From NCBI GenBank assembly GCA_963845175.1, contig CAWJRI010000015.1:21316-85315 (forward strand): a stretch of 64,000 bases of DNA, read 5' to 3'. Under the pieces are notes generated by a model that saw only the letters and a program-made list of their open reading frames with translations, ran no database searches and was not told where the DNA came from. Positions 1 through 10,388 of this stretch are shown here, piece after piece. The translations under genes and the position numbers were made by a program. The DNA comes from an uncultured archaeon. Lineage in GTDB: Archaea > Nanobdellota > Nanobdellia > Woesearchaeales > CAIVOO01. The first letter of the stretch is position 1. Every line of letters starts with the position of its first letter.

Positions 1-64
1 CAGTACCTGTTAAAAGTCCAAGAGTAATTATTGCAGATTTTTTCCAATCTTTCCAGCTAACCAT
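1..64 (-). CDS. 5' fragment of a secreted or membrane protein running off the window edge
   Basis: Read manually: MVSWKDWKKSAIITLGLLTGT..., preceded by a GGAGGT Shine-Dalgarno; signal-peptide-like; divergent from aglB. Confidence 0.6.
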   Translation of the reverse strand, partial: MVSWKDWKKSAIITLGLLTGT

Positions 65-185
65 TTTTTATACCTCCAACTAAAGTGAAATTATGCATCA
101 ACACCCTTTATTTAACCAGTAGTAACTGCCTTATATATAAACCTTTCTATTTTTACCATTCTGCAGTAGATAAACATATTTGCAT

Positions 186-199
186 AAAATTTATAAATA
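186..199 (+). promoter_or_regulatory. Archaeal TATA box upstream of aglB
   Basis: TTTATAAATA about 35-40 nt before the ATG. Confidence 0.55.
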
Positions 200-230
200 A
201 AACATTTTCATTTGAAGAAAGGGGGTTTAA

Positions 231-2987
231 ATGGCTGAAAAAGATGATATTTCAATAGACTTTGGAAAGATTACAAAGTTCTTCAAAAAAGAAAAAAGTC
301 CTGAAAAAAAGGAAGAAAAACATGCCGAAAAGAAGGAAGATAGGCATAACGTTGATGAAAAAGAAGTAAAGCACGAAATAAAGACAAAAAAAGATGAGGA
401 GATTTCATTTGACTTTGCTTCAATAAAAAACTTCTTTGTCAAGAATCACAAAATTCTGCTAATTCTGATTCCGTTGCTGATTGCAATTTTTGCAGGCACA
501 TACATAAGAATGCAGTCAATGTATTTGCCTATAACAGACAGCTGGGCAAAATCAACTGTTGATAATTACTATCAGTCACAGATAAAGGCACAGATAACAA
601 AACAATACCCGAATCTGCCTGATGCGAATAAGAATACCTTGATTGATCAGGAATTCCAGAAATTTACGGCGCAGAACAAGGACCAGATGAACACCCAGGT
701 TAAGGGGCTTTCTGAAAATTACAAGCAGCAGTTCAAGGACGAGAACGGCACTAATTACATGCCTGACATAGACCCTTATGTTTATTTAAGATACGCAAGG
801 AATTATATTGAGCACGGCTATATTGGCGACGAGATAAGGAACGGAACGCAGTGGGACAATCATATGGTTGCTCCGCTTGGAGTTCAGATAGGAACGCAGC
901 CCCACCCCTATACGCTTGCTTATATTTATAAATTTCTTCATATATTCGATTCAAAGATAACTCTGATGCAGGCAGCAGGCTATTTTCCCATAATATTTTC
1001 AATCCTTGCGATAATTCCTGCATTTTTCATAGGAAGACGGCTGGGCGGGGCAGTTGGCGGATTTTTTTCAGCGATATTTGTTGCAATTAGCGCAGCGTTT
1101 GTAAACAGGACACTCTGGGGTCACGCAGACACAGATGCCTATGAGATTTTTTTCCCGTTATTTGTTATCTGGTTTTTATTTGAGGCGCTGCATCAGAAAG
1201 AAACTAAAAAACAGGTTGCATACGCAGCTGTTTCAGCGCTTTTCCTTGCAGGGTTTGCAGTGTTCTGGAGCGGCTGGTGGTATATATTTGATTTCATCCT
1301 CGGCGCAGCAGGGCTTTATTTAATCTACCTTCTTATTGCGCAGTTAGGTGAAGGGCTGAATTTTGAAAAGCTAAAGAAGAATGACAAAATAGTGAATCTG
1401 GTGCAGGTTATGATTGTTTTTTTACTAGTGTCTGCAGTTTTTGTCTCGGCTGCCACAAGCTTCACAACATTTTATAATTCGCCGCTGCAGCCAATAGCTT
1501 TCTCAAAGTTGAAGGTTGCATCGTCTGCGACGCTCTGGCCGAATGTTTACACAACAGTTGCAGAGCTGAATCAGGCTTCATTAAGCCAGATAATAGACTC
1601 GATTGGCGGAACTTTCATCTTTATTGTATCCTTGCTTGGAATCCTTGCAATGTTTTTTGTAAAGGACAAAGAAGGAAAAATAGACACAAACTATTTTGTT
1701 TACGGCTTCCTGTGCATCCTCTGGTACATAGGAATAATTTATGCAAGCACAAAGGGAATAAGGTTCACGATGATGCTTGTACCTCCTTTTGCATTTGGCT
1801 TTGCAATGGCCATGTCATTTGTTTTTGACAAGGGCAGTGCCTACTTCAAAAAAAGCCTTGAAATCCCAAAATGGGTGACAGCCACATTAATTATAATAAT
1901 TTCATTGCTTTTCTTTGTCTATCCCGCTGCAAAGGCATCCCTGAGCATCGCTTCAAACGATGTTCCAATAGTTGATGATGCTTGGTACAATTCATTGGAT
2001 AAAATAAAGCTTGAGTCAGCGCCAAACGCGATAATAAACTCCTGGTGGGACTTCGGGCATTTCTTCAAGTACTATGCAGACAGGGCAGTAACCTTCGACG
2101 GTGCATCACAAAATACGCCGATGGCTCACTGGATTGGACAAGCGCTTCTGACAGAAAACGAAAGCCTTGCAGTCGGAATCCTGAGGATGCTTGACTGCGG
2201 TTCAAACAACGCATTTAAAACTTTAGATCAGTATATAAATGATACATCTGTATCAGCTGAAATGCTTGACAATGTTGTTGTGCTCGACAGAACAGATGCA
2301 AAGAACTATCTCATTGGCAAAAAGCTTTCAGAAAGCCAGGCAGAAAGTGTTCTCATGTACACTCATTGCAATCCGCCTGAGGATTACTTCATAACAAGCG
2401 GAGACATGGTCGGAAAGGGAGGGGTATGGGCGCATTTCGGCAGCTGGGACTTCAACAGGGCAGACATTTGGGTTTATGCAAAAAACATGCCGAAAGACGA
2501 AGCCATAAAATTTATTGTGAAAAACAGCAACGTTACCGAAAAGGATGCAGAGCAGCTTTATTATGAAGTTTCTGCAATAACAAATGAAAATGATGCGAAT
2601 AACTGGATAGCGCCTTGGCCGAACTATGCAGGAACTGCAAACTGCAATGAAATGAAAAATGAAACAGTTCAGTGCGCCAACGGAATTGAAATTAACATTA
2701 ACAAAAATGAGGTGAGTGTTCCGACGCAGCAGGGAACCATGTCGCCATCTTCCTTTGTCTACAAGAAAGGCGACGAAATAGCTGAAATAAAATACAATTC
2801 TTCATTCTCTTATTCAATGACATATTTTAACAACCAGATAGCCATGATGGATCCAAAGCTTGCAAAAAGCATGTTCACAACGCTATTCTACCTCAACGGA
2901 ACAGGGCTGAAGCACTTTGAAAAATTCAGCGATGAAACAGAAGTCTCAGGAGACAGGATAATTGTTTGGAAAATCAAATGGGAATAG
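231..2987 (+). CDS. aglB: Oligosaccharyltransferase AglB (STT3 family)
   Basis: DIDPY, DTD, TVAE and NSWWDFGH motifs; many TM helices followed by a soluble C-terminal domain. Confidence 0.96.
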   Translation: MAEKDDISIDFGKITKFFKKEKSPEKKEEKHAEKKEDRHNVDEKEVKHEIKTKKDEEISFDFASIKNFFVKNHKILLILIPLLIAIFAGTYIRMQSMYLPITDSWAKSTVDNYYQSQIKAQITKQYPNLPDANKNTLIDQEFQKFTAQNKDQMNTQVKGLSENYKQQFKDENGTNYMPDIDPYVYLRYARNYIEHGYIGDEIRNGTQWDNHMVAPLGVQIGTQPHPYTLAYIYKFLHIFDSKITLMQAAGYFPIIFSILAIIPAFFIGRRLGGAVGGFFSAIFVAISAAFVNRTLWGHADTDAYEIFFPLFVIWFLFEALHQKETKKQVAYAAVSALFLAGFAVFWSGWWYIFDFILGAAGLYLIYLLIAQLGEGLNFEKLKKNDKIVNLVQVMIVFLLVSAVFVSAATSFTTFYNSPLQPIAFSKLKVASSATLWPNVYTTVAELNQASLSQIIDSIGGTFIFIVSLLGILAMFFVKDKEGKIDTNYFVYGFLCILWYIGIIYASTKGIRFTMMLVPPFAFGFAMAMSFVFDKGSAYFKKSLEIPKWVTATLIIIISLLFFVYPAAKASLSIASNDVPIVDDAWYNSLDKIKLESAPNAIINSWWDFGHFFKYYADRAVTFDGASQNTPMAHWIGQALLTENESLAVGILRMLDCGSNNAFKTLDQYINDTSVSAEMLDNVVVLDRTDAKNYLIGKKLSESQAESVLMYTHCNPPEDYFITSGDMVGKGGVWAHFGSWDFNRADIWVYAKNMPKDEAIKFIVKNSNVTEKDAEQLYYEVSAITNENDANNWIAPWPNYAGTANCNEMKNETVQCANGIEININKNEVSVPTQQGTMSPSSFVYKKGDEIAEIKYNSSFSYSMTYFNNQIAMMDPKLAKSMFTTLFYLNGTGLKHFEKFSDETEVSGDRIIVWKIKWE

Positions 2988-4624
2988 AAAAACACGAAGA
3001 GATATCCATAAATTTTGAAAAATTTAAAAAAATAAAACTGCCCTATATTTTTCTTCTTCTGTTTTTAGTCTTGGGCATTTATTTAAGGGTTTATCATTTG
3101 AGTTTTCCTTCTATAGGTTATCATAATATGAAAGAAAATGAGTATTTGGACGAAGCAATTTTTTTTAATGAACAAGGCGACTTCCTTCACAGAAGAACTT
3201 TTAATTTTTGGGGCCTTGAAAACGGTCCAGGCTATTTTGAGGAGTACGCACAGATGCCTCTCATCCCATATGCCACAACTCTTTTCTGGAAAATCCTTGG
3301 AAGCGAGCCTTTATGGGCTCCAAGGATGCTTATGATACTTTCAATGCTTGGCTCGATAGTCACAATCTACCTTGTTACTAAAAAATTATTTAATAATGAG
3401 TATATCTCGCTTTTGAGCTCATTTTTGCTTTCGGTCATGCCTCTTGGGATTTATTTTGGGAGGAATATACAGCCGGAAAGCCCCGCGCTTCTCTTCATGC
3501 TTCTTGGCTTTAACTTTTATCTGAATTGGATAAAAACATTTGAGAAAAAACAGATTTTGTATTCAACATTGTTCTTTGGGATAATGTCTTTGTTTAAATA
3601 TACGTTTTTAATTGCATTGGTTCCCGTGGCATTTATTTTTCCTTTTAAGAAATTTTTTTCTTTAAAGACAAAAGAAAAGTTCACACAGACACTGTACGCA
3701 TTTTTAGGATTTATTCCTTTTTTATTTTTTCAAACTCTATATGAAGTTACTATCCAGGATCGGACAAAGATAGCCCCTGAACTTTCGTTGCAAAAATTTT
3801 CAAGTTTTATCACTTCAAGTTATTGGGCAAAAACCTGGCCTTCACTTGCTTCATACATTAGAGACAACTTTACCTGGTGGTTTTTCTGGTTCGCAATTAT
3901 CGGGCTGCTGTTCATACTATTAAAATATAGAACACAATTTTCAAAATTCCTGATTGGGTACGCTGCTTCAGCATTTATCTACGGATTACTTCTTACTTCA
4001 AAAATAGGCGGGCACAGCTATTATCAGATGCCTTATCTGCCATTGGTTTGCATTTTAAGCGCATATTTTTTCTTTAATCTGGGGGCGTTTATGAAACAGA
4101 TTTTTAAAATAAAATATTTAATTTATGTCCCACTTTTACTGATGCTGCTTACAATTCCAGAAATGCAGGCTGCAAACGACAGGGTCTGGAACACAATATT
4201 TTACGGGCAGGATATTGTAGGACAATATATAAAAATGAATACAAATGATTCTGAAAGATTCTTTAATCTTGGGCAATCCCAGTCATATGCTGTATGCACT
4301 TATGCAAGAAGAAGATGCAGTAATTTTAATAATCTGTCACAGCTTATTGAATTGGAAAATAAATTCAATATCAGATATATGAATATTGATAGCTATTCAA
4401 TGTCGCAATTACTTGAGCAGAACAGCACACTGAATTATATAGAAAATAATTATAAAATTGAGCTTTTGGGCGCGATAAAAGAAGGGAATAATCTGGTTCC
4501 AGTTAATTTTCTCTTAAAAAGAGGCGGAAAATTTAATTTTACTGAAATGAACCAAAAAACCCCAAAACTTGCAGAAGTTTATCAAATAAAGGGAGGAGAA
4601 GTTGAATTTTATATTCTAAAATAA
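2966..4624 (+). CDS. GT-C fold glycosyltransferase (ArnT/PMT-like); probable start 2978
   Basis: LR..(H)L after TM1, acidic loop KENEYLDE, QPES and FKY motifs, YQMPYLP, multi-TM. Confidence 0.8.
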   Translation: MENQMGIEKHEEISINFEKFKKIKLPYIFLLLFLVLGIYLRVYHLSFPSIGYHNMKENEYLDEAIFFNEQGDFLHRRTFNFWGLENGPGYFEEYAQMPLIPYATTLFWKILGSEPLWAPRMLMILSMLGSIVTIYLVTKKLFNNEYISLLSSFLLSVMPLGIYFGRNIQPESPALLFMLLGFNFYLNWIKTFEKKQILYSTLFFGIMSLFKYTFLIALVPVAFIFPFKKFFSLKTKEKFTQTLYAFLGFIPFLFFQTLYEVTIQDRTKIAPELSLQKFSSFITSSYWAKTWPSLASYIRDNFTWWFFWFAIIGLLFILLKYRTQFSKFLIGYAASAFIYGLLLTSKIGGHSYYQMPYLPLVCILSAYFFFNLGAFMKQIFKIKYLIYVPLLLMLLTIPEMQAANDRVWNTIFYGQDIVGQYIKMNTNDSERFFNLGQSQSYAVCTYARRRCSNFNNLSQLIELENKFNIRYMNIDSYSMSQLLEQNSTLNYIENNYKIELLGAIKEGNNLVPVNFLLKRGGKFNFTEMNQKTPKLAEVYQIKGGEVEFYILK

Positions 4625-4628
4625 CTAA

Positions 4629-6608
4629 ATGATTAAACTAAAACTCAAGAAAAAGGAGATCCTTCTTTATGGCGTATTAATCCTAATAATTATTTTTTCA
4701 ATTTCTGCCTGGTTCAAGCAGGGCATTCCAGCAACAGATGATTTCCGGAGCCACCTTACAAAATTCTGGTATATTAAATATTCTTACGAAACTTATGGAA
4801 AATTTCTCGAATGGATGCCGTTTATTTATTCAGGCTGGCCTCTGACACATTTCTATCATCCGCTTTCTTACTATCTCTCGCTCCCTTTAATGCTTTTGAT
4901 GAAACCCGTTGCTTCGTTAAAGGCAAGCGTAGCGCTTTCATTTATTCTTTCAGCAATTGCAATGTTTTATTCTGCAAATCTACTTTTTAAAAAGAAGGAA
5001 ATTGCCTTGGTTGCAGCTGCTATTTATCTGTTTATGCCCATGCACTTCGAATTTGCTTACCTCTCAGGCTCTATCTCAAGGCTGTGGGCATATGTCTTTT
5101 TGCCGCTGGCAATTGCATTTTTCATAAAGCTTATTGAAGAAAATTCATTAAAGTATACCATATTCGGGGCTTTGTCGTTCACCATATTAATGCTATCGGA
5201 TCTTAACATAGCCTTCACATTAGCAGTAATCATGATTTTTTATTTGGTTTATCACCTGATTAAAACCAAAAAGCTTGGGATAAAAAATCTTTCAGTGTTC
5301 GCCCTCCTAATAATTCTTCTTTCATCGTTCTGGCTTTTTCCGACGCTTTTTGAAAGTCAGCAATCAACTACAATGGGTCTTGTAGAAAAGGTTTTTGTCT
5401 CGCCATATAATCCTGTTCCCTATAAATCCTTATTTGTGAGAGATTTTGGATTAAAAAAAGTTGGAGACCAAACAGTCAGATATTTCTATTATGGCTATGT
5501 GCTTTTGGCTCTTGTGATACTTTCAGCAGTTATCACAAAATTTGAGTATAGAATTCCATTCCTTATTTTGTCAGCAATCTGCTTTTTGTTTTCCACTATG
5601 CCTAAAATACTGATTTTGCTTCCATTTTCAAGTCTTATCATGATGAATTATTATTTTATATTGGTCTCGCTTCCGTTGCTTGCAATGCTTGCAGGCGCTG
5701 TGTCTTATGCATTGTCAAATTTCAACAAAAAATACTCTTTCCTGATTTTAATTGCGATCATTGCATTATTCTTGATTGATGTTGCCCCTGCACAGAGCAC
5801 CTACTCCTGGTCAAATAACCCCACTGAAAATTATCTAAACCCGCCCGCAATTCTTGATGCGTACAACTTCGTTAAAAATCAACCAGGGCTTTTCAGGGTA
5901 GATTCGTTAGTTGGGGAAGTGCCTTACATCTATACTGAAAAAATGGAAATAGGTTTTGGCTGGATGGGTTATAGGCAAGGTGCACTGAAGCCAATGAGAG
6001 ATATAAGTGATGACATTTTTGACAGGATCAATAAAAATATTTCTGACGAAAAAACAGCAGAAGTCCTTGGCTATCTGGGAGACAAGTATTATGTGCTACC
6101 TTGCATACAAAATTTTACTTTCAAAACTGCTTATTCAAATGGAGCAGTATGTGTTTATGAAAATCCTGATTTCAAACCCCTGATAATCTCGCCAGATAAT
6201 ATAATCAAAAACAAAAATCCAGATGTTTTCAGTATGCAGCTGAACAATTCAGCAATTCTTTTGGAAGCCTGCGAGAATGACTGCACTATGAAAAATAATG
6301 TTGCAGAGATTAAAAATATTAAATTTGAGCCAGAAGATATAAGCTTTGAAACATCATCTAAAAATGAAAGTTATGTGTTAGTTAAAAGCACCTATTTTAA
6401 GCCCCACTGGAAAGCTTACATTAACGGCAAAGAAGCAGAAATTAAAGAAGCTTGGCCGATTTACATGCTGATTAAGGTTCCTGCGGGCGAAAACACAATA
6501 GAATTAAAATATGAGAACAATTTAATCCATATAATTAGTGGGCTTGTATCAGGTTTGACAATTTTGGCATTAATTGTATTATTAATCTACAAGAGAAAGA
6601 AAAAATGA
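4629..6608 (+). CDS. YfhO-like GT-C membrane protein
   Basis: DD...H loop, W.P..YSGWP...FYHPLSY, C-terminal Y.PHWKAYING and VPAGENTIELKY then a final TM. Confidence 0.75.
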   Translation: MIKLKLKKKEILLYGVLILIIIFSISAWFKQGIPATDDFRSHLTKFWYIKYSYETYGKFLEWMPFIYSGWPLTHFYHPLSYYLSLPLMLLMKPVASLKASVALSFILSAIAMFYSANLLFKKKEIALVAAAIYLFMPMHFEFAYLSGSISRLWAYVFLPLAIAFFIKLIEENSLKYTIFGALSFTILMLSDLNIAFTLAVIMIFYLVYHLIKTKKLGIKNLSVFALLIILLSSFWLFPTLFESQQSTTMGLVEKVFVSPYNPVPYKSLFVRDFGLKKVGDQTVRYFYYGYVLLALVILSAVITKFEYRIPFLILSAICFLFSTMPKILILLPFSSLIMMNYYFILVSLPLLAMLAGAVSYALSNFNKKYSFLILIAIIALFLIDVAPAQSTYSWSNNPTENYLNPPAILDAYNFVKNQPGLFRVDSLVGEVPYIYTEKMEIGFGWMGYRQGALKPMRDISDDIFDRINKNISDEKTAEVLGYLGDKYYVLPCIQNFTFKTAYSNGAVCVYENPDFKPLIISPDNIIKNKNPDVFSMQLNNSAILLEACENDCTMKNNVAEIKNIKFEPEDISFETSSKNESYVLVKSTYFKPHWKAYINGKEAEIKEAWPIYMLIKVPAGENTIELKYENNLIHIISGLVSGLTILALIVLLIYKRKKK

Positions 6609-7309
6609 AGCTATCAATAATAATTCCCGCATACAACGAGGAAAAGAGAATAATTTCAAGCTTGAATAAGATTTACAATTACCTTAACAAGAAGCAAATT
6701 GACTACGAGGTTGTTATTGTTAATGATGGAAGCAGAGATAATACAGTTGATGTTATTAAGAAAATAAAAAATAATAAAACAACAATAATTAACAATAAAA
6801 TAAACAAGGGAAAGGGTCATGCAGTTAAAACAGGCATGCTGAATGCGAAAGGTGATTTGTTGCTTTTTACAGACTCTGATTTGTCAACACCAATTGAAGA
6901 ACTTGACAAATTAATGAGGTACATAGACAATTATGACATTGTAATTGGTTCAAGATCACTTCAGGCATCAGATGTCAAGAAAAAACAGGCATTTTACAAG
7001 GTTTGGCTTGGCAGGCTCGGAAACAAGGCAATACAATTGCTCGCTGTTCCGGGCATAAAAGACACACAATGCGGTTTTAAGCTTTATAAGAGGAAATGTT
7101 TAAATATATTCAAAAAACAGACAATAAATAGATGGGGGTTTGACTTCGAGATACTGTTCTTGGCAAGAAAATTAGGTTACAAGATAAAGGAAGTGCCTGT
7201 TGTCTGGGTTAATGCAGAAGGCAGCAAGGTCAAGGCCCTTGACTACCCAAAAACATTTTTGGAGTTGCTTAAGATAAGGTGGAATGATTTATGCGGAAAA
7301 TACAAATAA
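6605..7309 (+). CDS. Dolichyl-phosphate glucosyltransferase-like GT2 (Alg5-like)
   Basis: IIIPAYNEE, DGSRD, NKGKG.AV..G, FTDSDLS, DTQCGFKL, WGFDFE. Confidence 0.88.
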   Translation: MKLSIIIPAYNEEKRIISSLNKIYNYLNKKQIDYEVVIVNDGSRDNTVDVIKKIKNNKTTIINNKINKGKGHAVKTGMLNAKGDLLLFTDSDLSTPIEELDKLMRYIDNYDIVIGSRSLQASDVKKKQAFYKVWLGRLGNKAIQLLAVPGIKDTQCGFKLYKRKCLNIFKKQTINRWGFDFEILFLARKLGYKIKEVPVVWVNAEGSKVKALDYPKTFLELLKIRWNDLCGKYK

Positions 7310-7650
7310 ACAAAAAAATTGCTGCATTGGTTTTCATTGCCTGTGCATTTTTAGGTGCAGTTGGCCAGCTTTTCTTTAAGTTTGGAGCTGCAGGAATAAC
7401 ATCTAATATTTTTAGCTGGATTTTTAACTGGCAGCTAATCCTTGGTTTATTCTTGTACGGGATTGGAACTTTGGTTTTTACTTTCATGCTTAAGAAGGCA
7501 GACCTTTCATTTGCTTACCCAATTATAGCAACAAGCTATATCTGGGTTGCACTTTTTTCATTTTTCATACTGAAAGAAGCAATGCATCCGTCAAATTGGG
7601 CAGGCATAATCTTAATAATTATCGGAGGAAGCTTGGCAACAAAAAAATAA
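7291..7650 (+). CDS. SMR/EamA-type 4-TM protein, ArnE/ArnF-like
   Basis: GQLFFK, LS.AYP..A.SYIWV, KE motifs; 4 TM. Confidence 0.75.
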   Translation: MRKIQINKKIAALVFIACAFLGAVGQLFFKFGAAGITSNIFSWIFNWQLILGLFLYGIGTLVFTFMLKKADLSFAYPIIATSYIWVALFSFFILKEAMHPSNWAGIILIIIGGSLATKK

Positions 7651-7651
7651 A

Positions 7652-7990
7652 ATGCTGGCAACAATAATTTTAATGGTCATAAGCTCAATCCTTGGGGCAC
7701 TGGGAGTGCTTTTTTTCAAATTTGCCTCAAAAAAAGTTTCATTTAATATTTTTTCATGGCTCTTCAACCTGAAATTCGTGCTGGGACTGTTGTTTTATGG
7801 CCTTTCATTCATTGCAATGATTATTGCCATGAAGTTGACATACCTCTCAATAGTTTATCCACTTTTTGCATTATCATATATTTGGGTTGCACTGTTATCA
7901 CATTATGTTTTAAAGGAGAAGCTGTATTTTAAAAACTGGATTGGATTTATACTAATAATGATTGGAATAGCATTAACAACAATAAAATGA
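7652..7990 (+). CDS. SMR/EamA-type 4-TM protein, paralog of the preceding gene
   Basis: LSIVYPLFALSYIWV...LKEK; tandem paralog. Confidence 0.75.
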   Translation: MLATIILMVISSILGALGVLFFKFASKKVSFNIFSWLFNLKFVLGLLFYGLSFIAMIIAMKLTYLSIVYPLFALSYIWVALLSHYVLKEKLYFKNWIGFILIMIGIALTTIK

Positions 7991-8655
7991 AAACCTACAT
8001 TGTAATTCCTGCATATAATGAAGAGAAAACAGTAGTTTCAGTAATCAAAGGGCTGAAAAAGGAAGGATATGATAATATAATTGTTGTTGATGACGGCAGC
8101 AAAGATAGGACATACAAGCTTGCTTCAAAAGAAAATGTAATTTTACTTTATCATGTTTTGAACAGGGGGCTTGGAGCTGCATTGGGAACAGGAATAAGGG
8201 CAGCGATTGAAGAAGGCGCAGACATAATAGTGACATTTGATGCAGATGGACAGCACAATCCAAAGGATGTTAAAAGAGTTACAGAGCAAATAAAAAAAGG
8301 AAATGATGTTGTTATTGGTTCAAGGCTTCTCGACACAAAAGGCATGCCTTGGTACAGGGTTGTGCAGAATTTCATAGGCAATGTAGTTACTTACCTGCTT
8401 TTTGGAGTTTGGACAACTGATTCGCAGTCTGGCCTGAGAGCATTTTCAAGAGAAGCTGCCCAGAAAATAAGAATAAAGACAAACAAAATGGAGGTTTCTT
8501 CTGAAATAATCGGAGAGATTGGCAGGAATAAATTAAAATTCAAGGAAGTGCCGATAAAGCCGATCTATACAAAATATTCTCTTTCAAAAGGCCAAAGTTT
8601 GCTCGTGGGAATAAAAACATTTTTAAAGCTTGTATTAAGAAGAATAATGGGGTGA
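7987..8655 (+). CDS. DPM1-like GT2 (polyprenol-phosphate sugar synthase)
   Basis: IPAYNEE, DDGSKD, NRGLGAAL.TG, FDADGQH, DSQSGLRA. Confidence 0.85.
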   Translation: MKTYIVIPAYNEEKTVVSVIKGLKKEGYDNIIVVDDGSKDRTYKLASKENVILLYHVLNRGLGAALGTGIRAAIEEGADIIVTFDADGQHNPKDVKRVTEQIKKGNDVVIGSRLLDTKGMPWYRVVQNFIGNVVTYLLFGVWTTDSQSGLRAFSREAAQKIRIKTNKMEVSSEIIGEIGRNKLKFKEVPIKPIYTKYSLSKGQSLLVGIKTFLKLVLRRIMG

Positions 8656-8659
8656 GAAG

Positions 8660-8992
8660 ATGATAAGCATTTTGCAGATAGTAGTCGTGCTTTTTGCGCT
8701 TTTTGCATTGAGCAGGGCTTTTTTGAGGTTCAAGGACAGCAAAATAACAAAAAAAGAACTGGCATTGTGGGCAATAGTCTGGATTGCAGCGATAATAGTA
8801 ATATTGATTCCGGGCACAACATCAACTGTGGCGAAAATATTCGGCGTTACAAGAGGGGCAGATATTGTGGTTTATTTTAGCATAATCCTGCTCTTCTATC
8901 TTGTATTCAGGATTTATGTCAAGCTTGAATCAATTGAGCAGGAAATAACAAAGGTTGTCAGGGAAGTCGCAATTAAGAAAAAGAAAAAATGA
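8660..8992 (+). CDS. DUF2304-like small membrane protein
   Basis: GV.RGAD motif, C-terminal IT.VVRE.A; usual partner downstream of DPM1-like GT2. Confidence 0.75.
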   Translation: MISILQIVVVLFALFALSRAFLRFKDSKITKKELALWAIVWIAAIIVILIPGTTSTVAKIFGVTRGADIVVYFSIILLFYLVFRIYVKLESIEQEITKVVREVAIKKKKK

Positions 8993-10104
8993 TTGAGCTG
9001 CAGAGGGGAATTGACAAATATATCGGGGGTTTGCTGTGCATCCTGTTCGGGATAATCAGCAAACTGTTCTTTTTTATCAAGCATAAAAAATCAAATAAAA
9101 TTCTTGTGATAAGATTATGGGCAGTTGGCGAAGCTATTCTGACGCTGCCGATGATCCATGTATTGAGGAAGAAATTTCCAAAAGCAGAAATAACTGTGCT
9201 TTGCAGAGAGAGAGTGAAGGACGTTTTTTATGGAAACAAGGATATTGATGATTTGCTGATTTTTGAGCCGGGAAATTTCCTGGCGTTGCTCAAGAACATC
9301 AGGCATTTTGATGTTTCATTTGACACAGAGCCATTTTTTAGGCTGTCTGCGCTGCTCAGCTTGTTTTTTTCAGCAAGAAGAATAGGATTTTCAGGATCTA
9401 TTAGGTCTTTGCTTTACACAGACAAAGTAAAGTTCAATGATAGGCAGCATGAAGTGCTTACATTCCTTGACCTTTCAAAAGAACTAGGAGCTTATTACAA
9501 GCCAAAAGAACTGATACCATTAAATTATTCTGAAGATGACAGGAAAATTGTTGAAAAAGTTCTTAAAGAGAATAAAATATCAAAAAATGACTTTGTTATC
9601 GGGATAACACCCGGAGCAGCTGAATCAGCAAGATTCAGGATGTGGGCAAAAGAAAGGTTTGCAGAGCTGGCTGATATTTTGGTTGAAAAATACAACGCAA
9701 AAATAGTTTTTGTTGGCGCAAAGTCAGATGAAAGTGTCATTAAAGGCGTTCAGGGGCTGATGAAAAAACATTCAATAAGCATTGCAGGAAAAACTAACCT
9801 CAGGCAGACATTTTATTTGGTCAAAAAATGCAGAATATTTATAAGCAACGATACAGGGCCGATGCATATAGCAGCTGCCCAAGGCGTAAAGACAATAGGG
9901 CTTTTCGGGCCTAATCTGCCTGACAGGTTTGCGCCCTACGGACCCAAAAATATTTCGGTTTACAAGAAGGTTGAATGCAGCCCCTGCATAAATGTGCATC
10001 TGGGGCAGGTGCCGAAGGAGTGCAAAAGGAAAAAGAATAAATATCTCTGTATGAACCTGATACAGGTAAAGGATGTTTTAGAGGCAGTTGAAAGGCTAAA
10101 ATGA
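8989..10104 (+). CDS. GT9 heptosyltransferase-family protein
   Basis: ILVIRL.AVGE, HE, R.W..ERFAEL, ISNDTGPMHIAAA, LFGP, CSPC. Confidence 0.9.
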   Translation: MIELQRGIDKYIGGLLCILFGIISKLFFFIKHKKSNKILVIRLWAVGEAILTLPMIHVLRKKFPKAEITVLCRERVKDVFYGNKDIDDLLIFEPGNFLALLKNIRHFDVSFDTEPFFRLSALLSLFFSARRIGFSGSIRSLLYTDKVKFNDRQHEVLTFLDLSKELGAYYKPKELIPLNYSEDDRKIVEKVLKENKISKNDFVIGITPGAAESARFRMWAKERFAELADILVEKYNAKIVFVGAKSDESVIKGVQGLMKKHSISIAGKTNLRQTFYLVKKCRIFISNDTGPMHIAAAQGVKTIGLFGPNLPDRFAPYGPKNISVYKKVECSPCINVHLGQVPKECKRKKNKYLCMNLIQVKDVLEAVERLK

Positions 10105-10388
10105 ATGAAAAAATAGACAAACCTTGGGGATACGAAATAATCCTTCACCAAAACCCTTTTTATGTTATAAAGATGATTCATGTGAATAAGGGGCACAGAC
10201 TTTCCAAACAATATCATAACAACAAATACGAAACCTGGATTTTTCCAGATGGAAGGATGCAGCACATAAGACCGAAAGAAATACACCGTTTAGAGGCTAA
10301 AAACGAGGATATATCTGTAATAGAAATAAGCAGCCCACATCTGGATGATGTAGTTAGATTAGAAGATGATTATGGACGGATAAAATGA
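10101..10388 (+). CDS. Cupin (mannose-6-phosphate isomerase-like)
   Basis: [34 protein letters not shown]. Confidence 0.8.
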   Translation: MNEKIDKPWGYEIILHQNPFYVIKMIHVNKGHRLSKQYHNNKYETWIFPDGRMQHIRPKEIHRLEAKNEDISVIEISSPHLDDVVRLEDDYGRIK

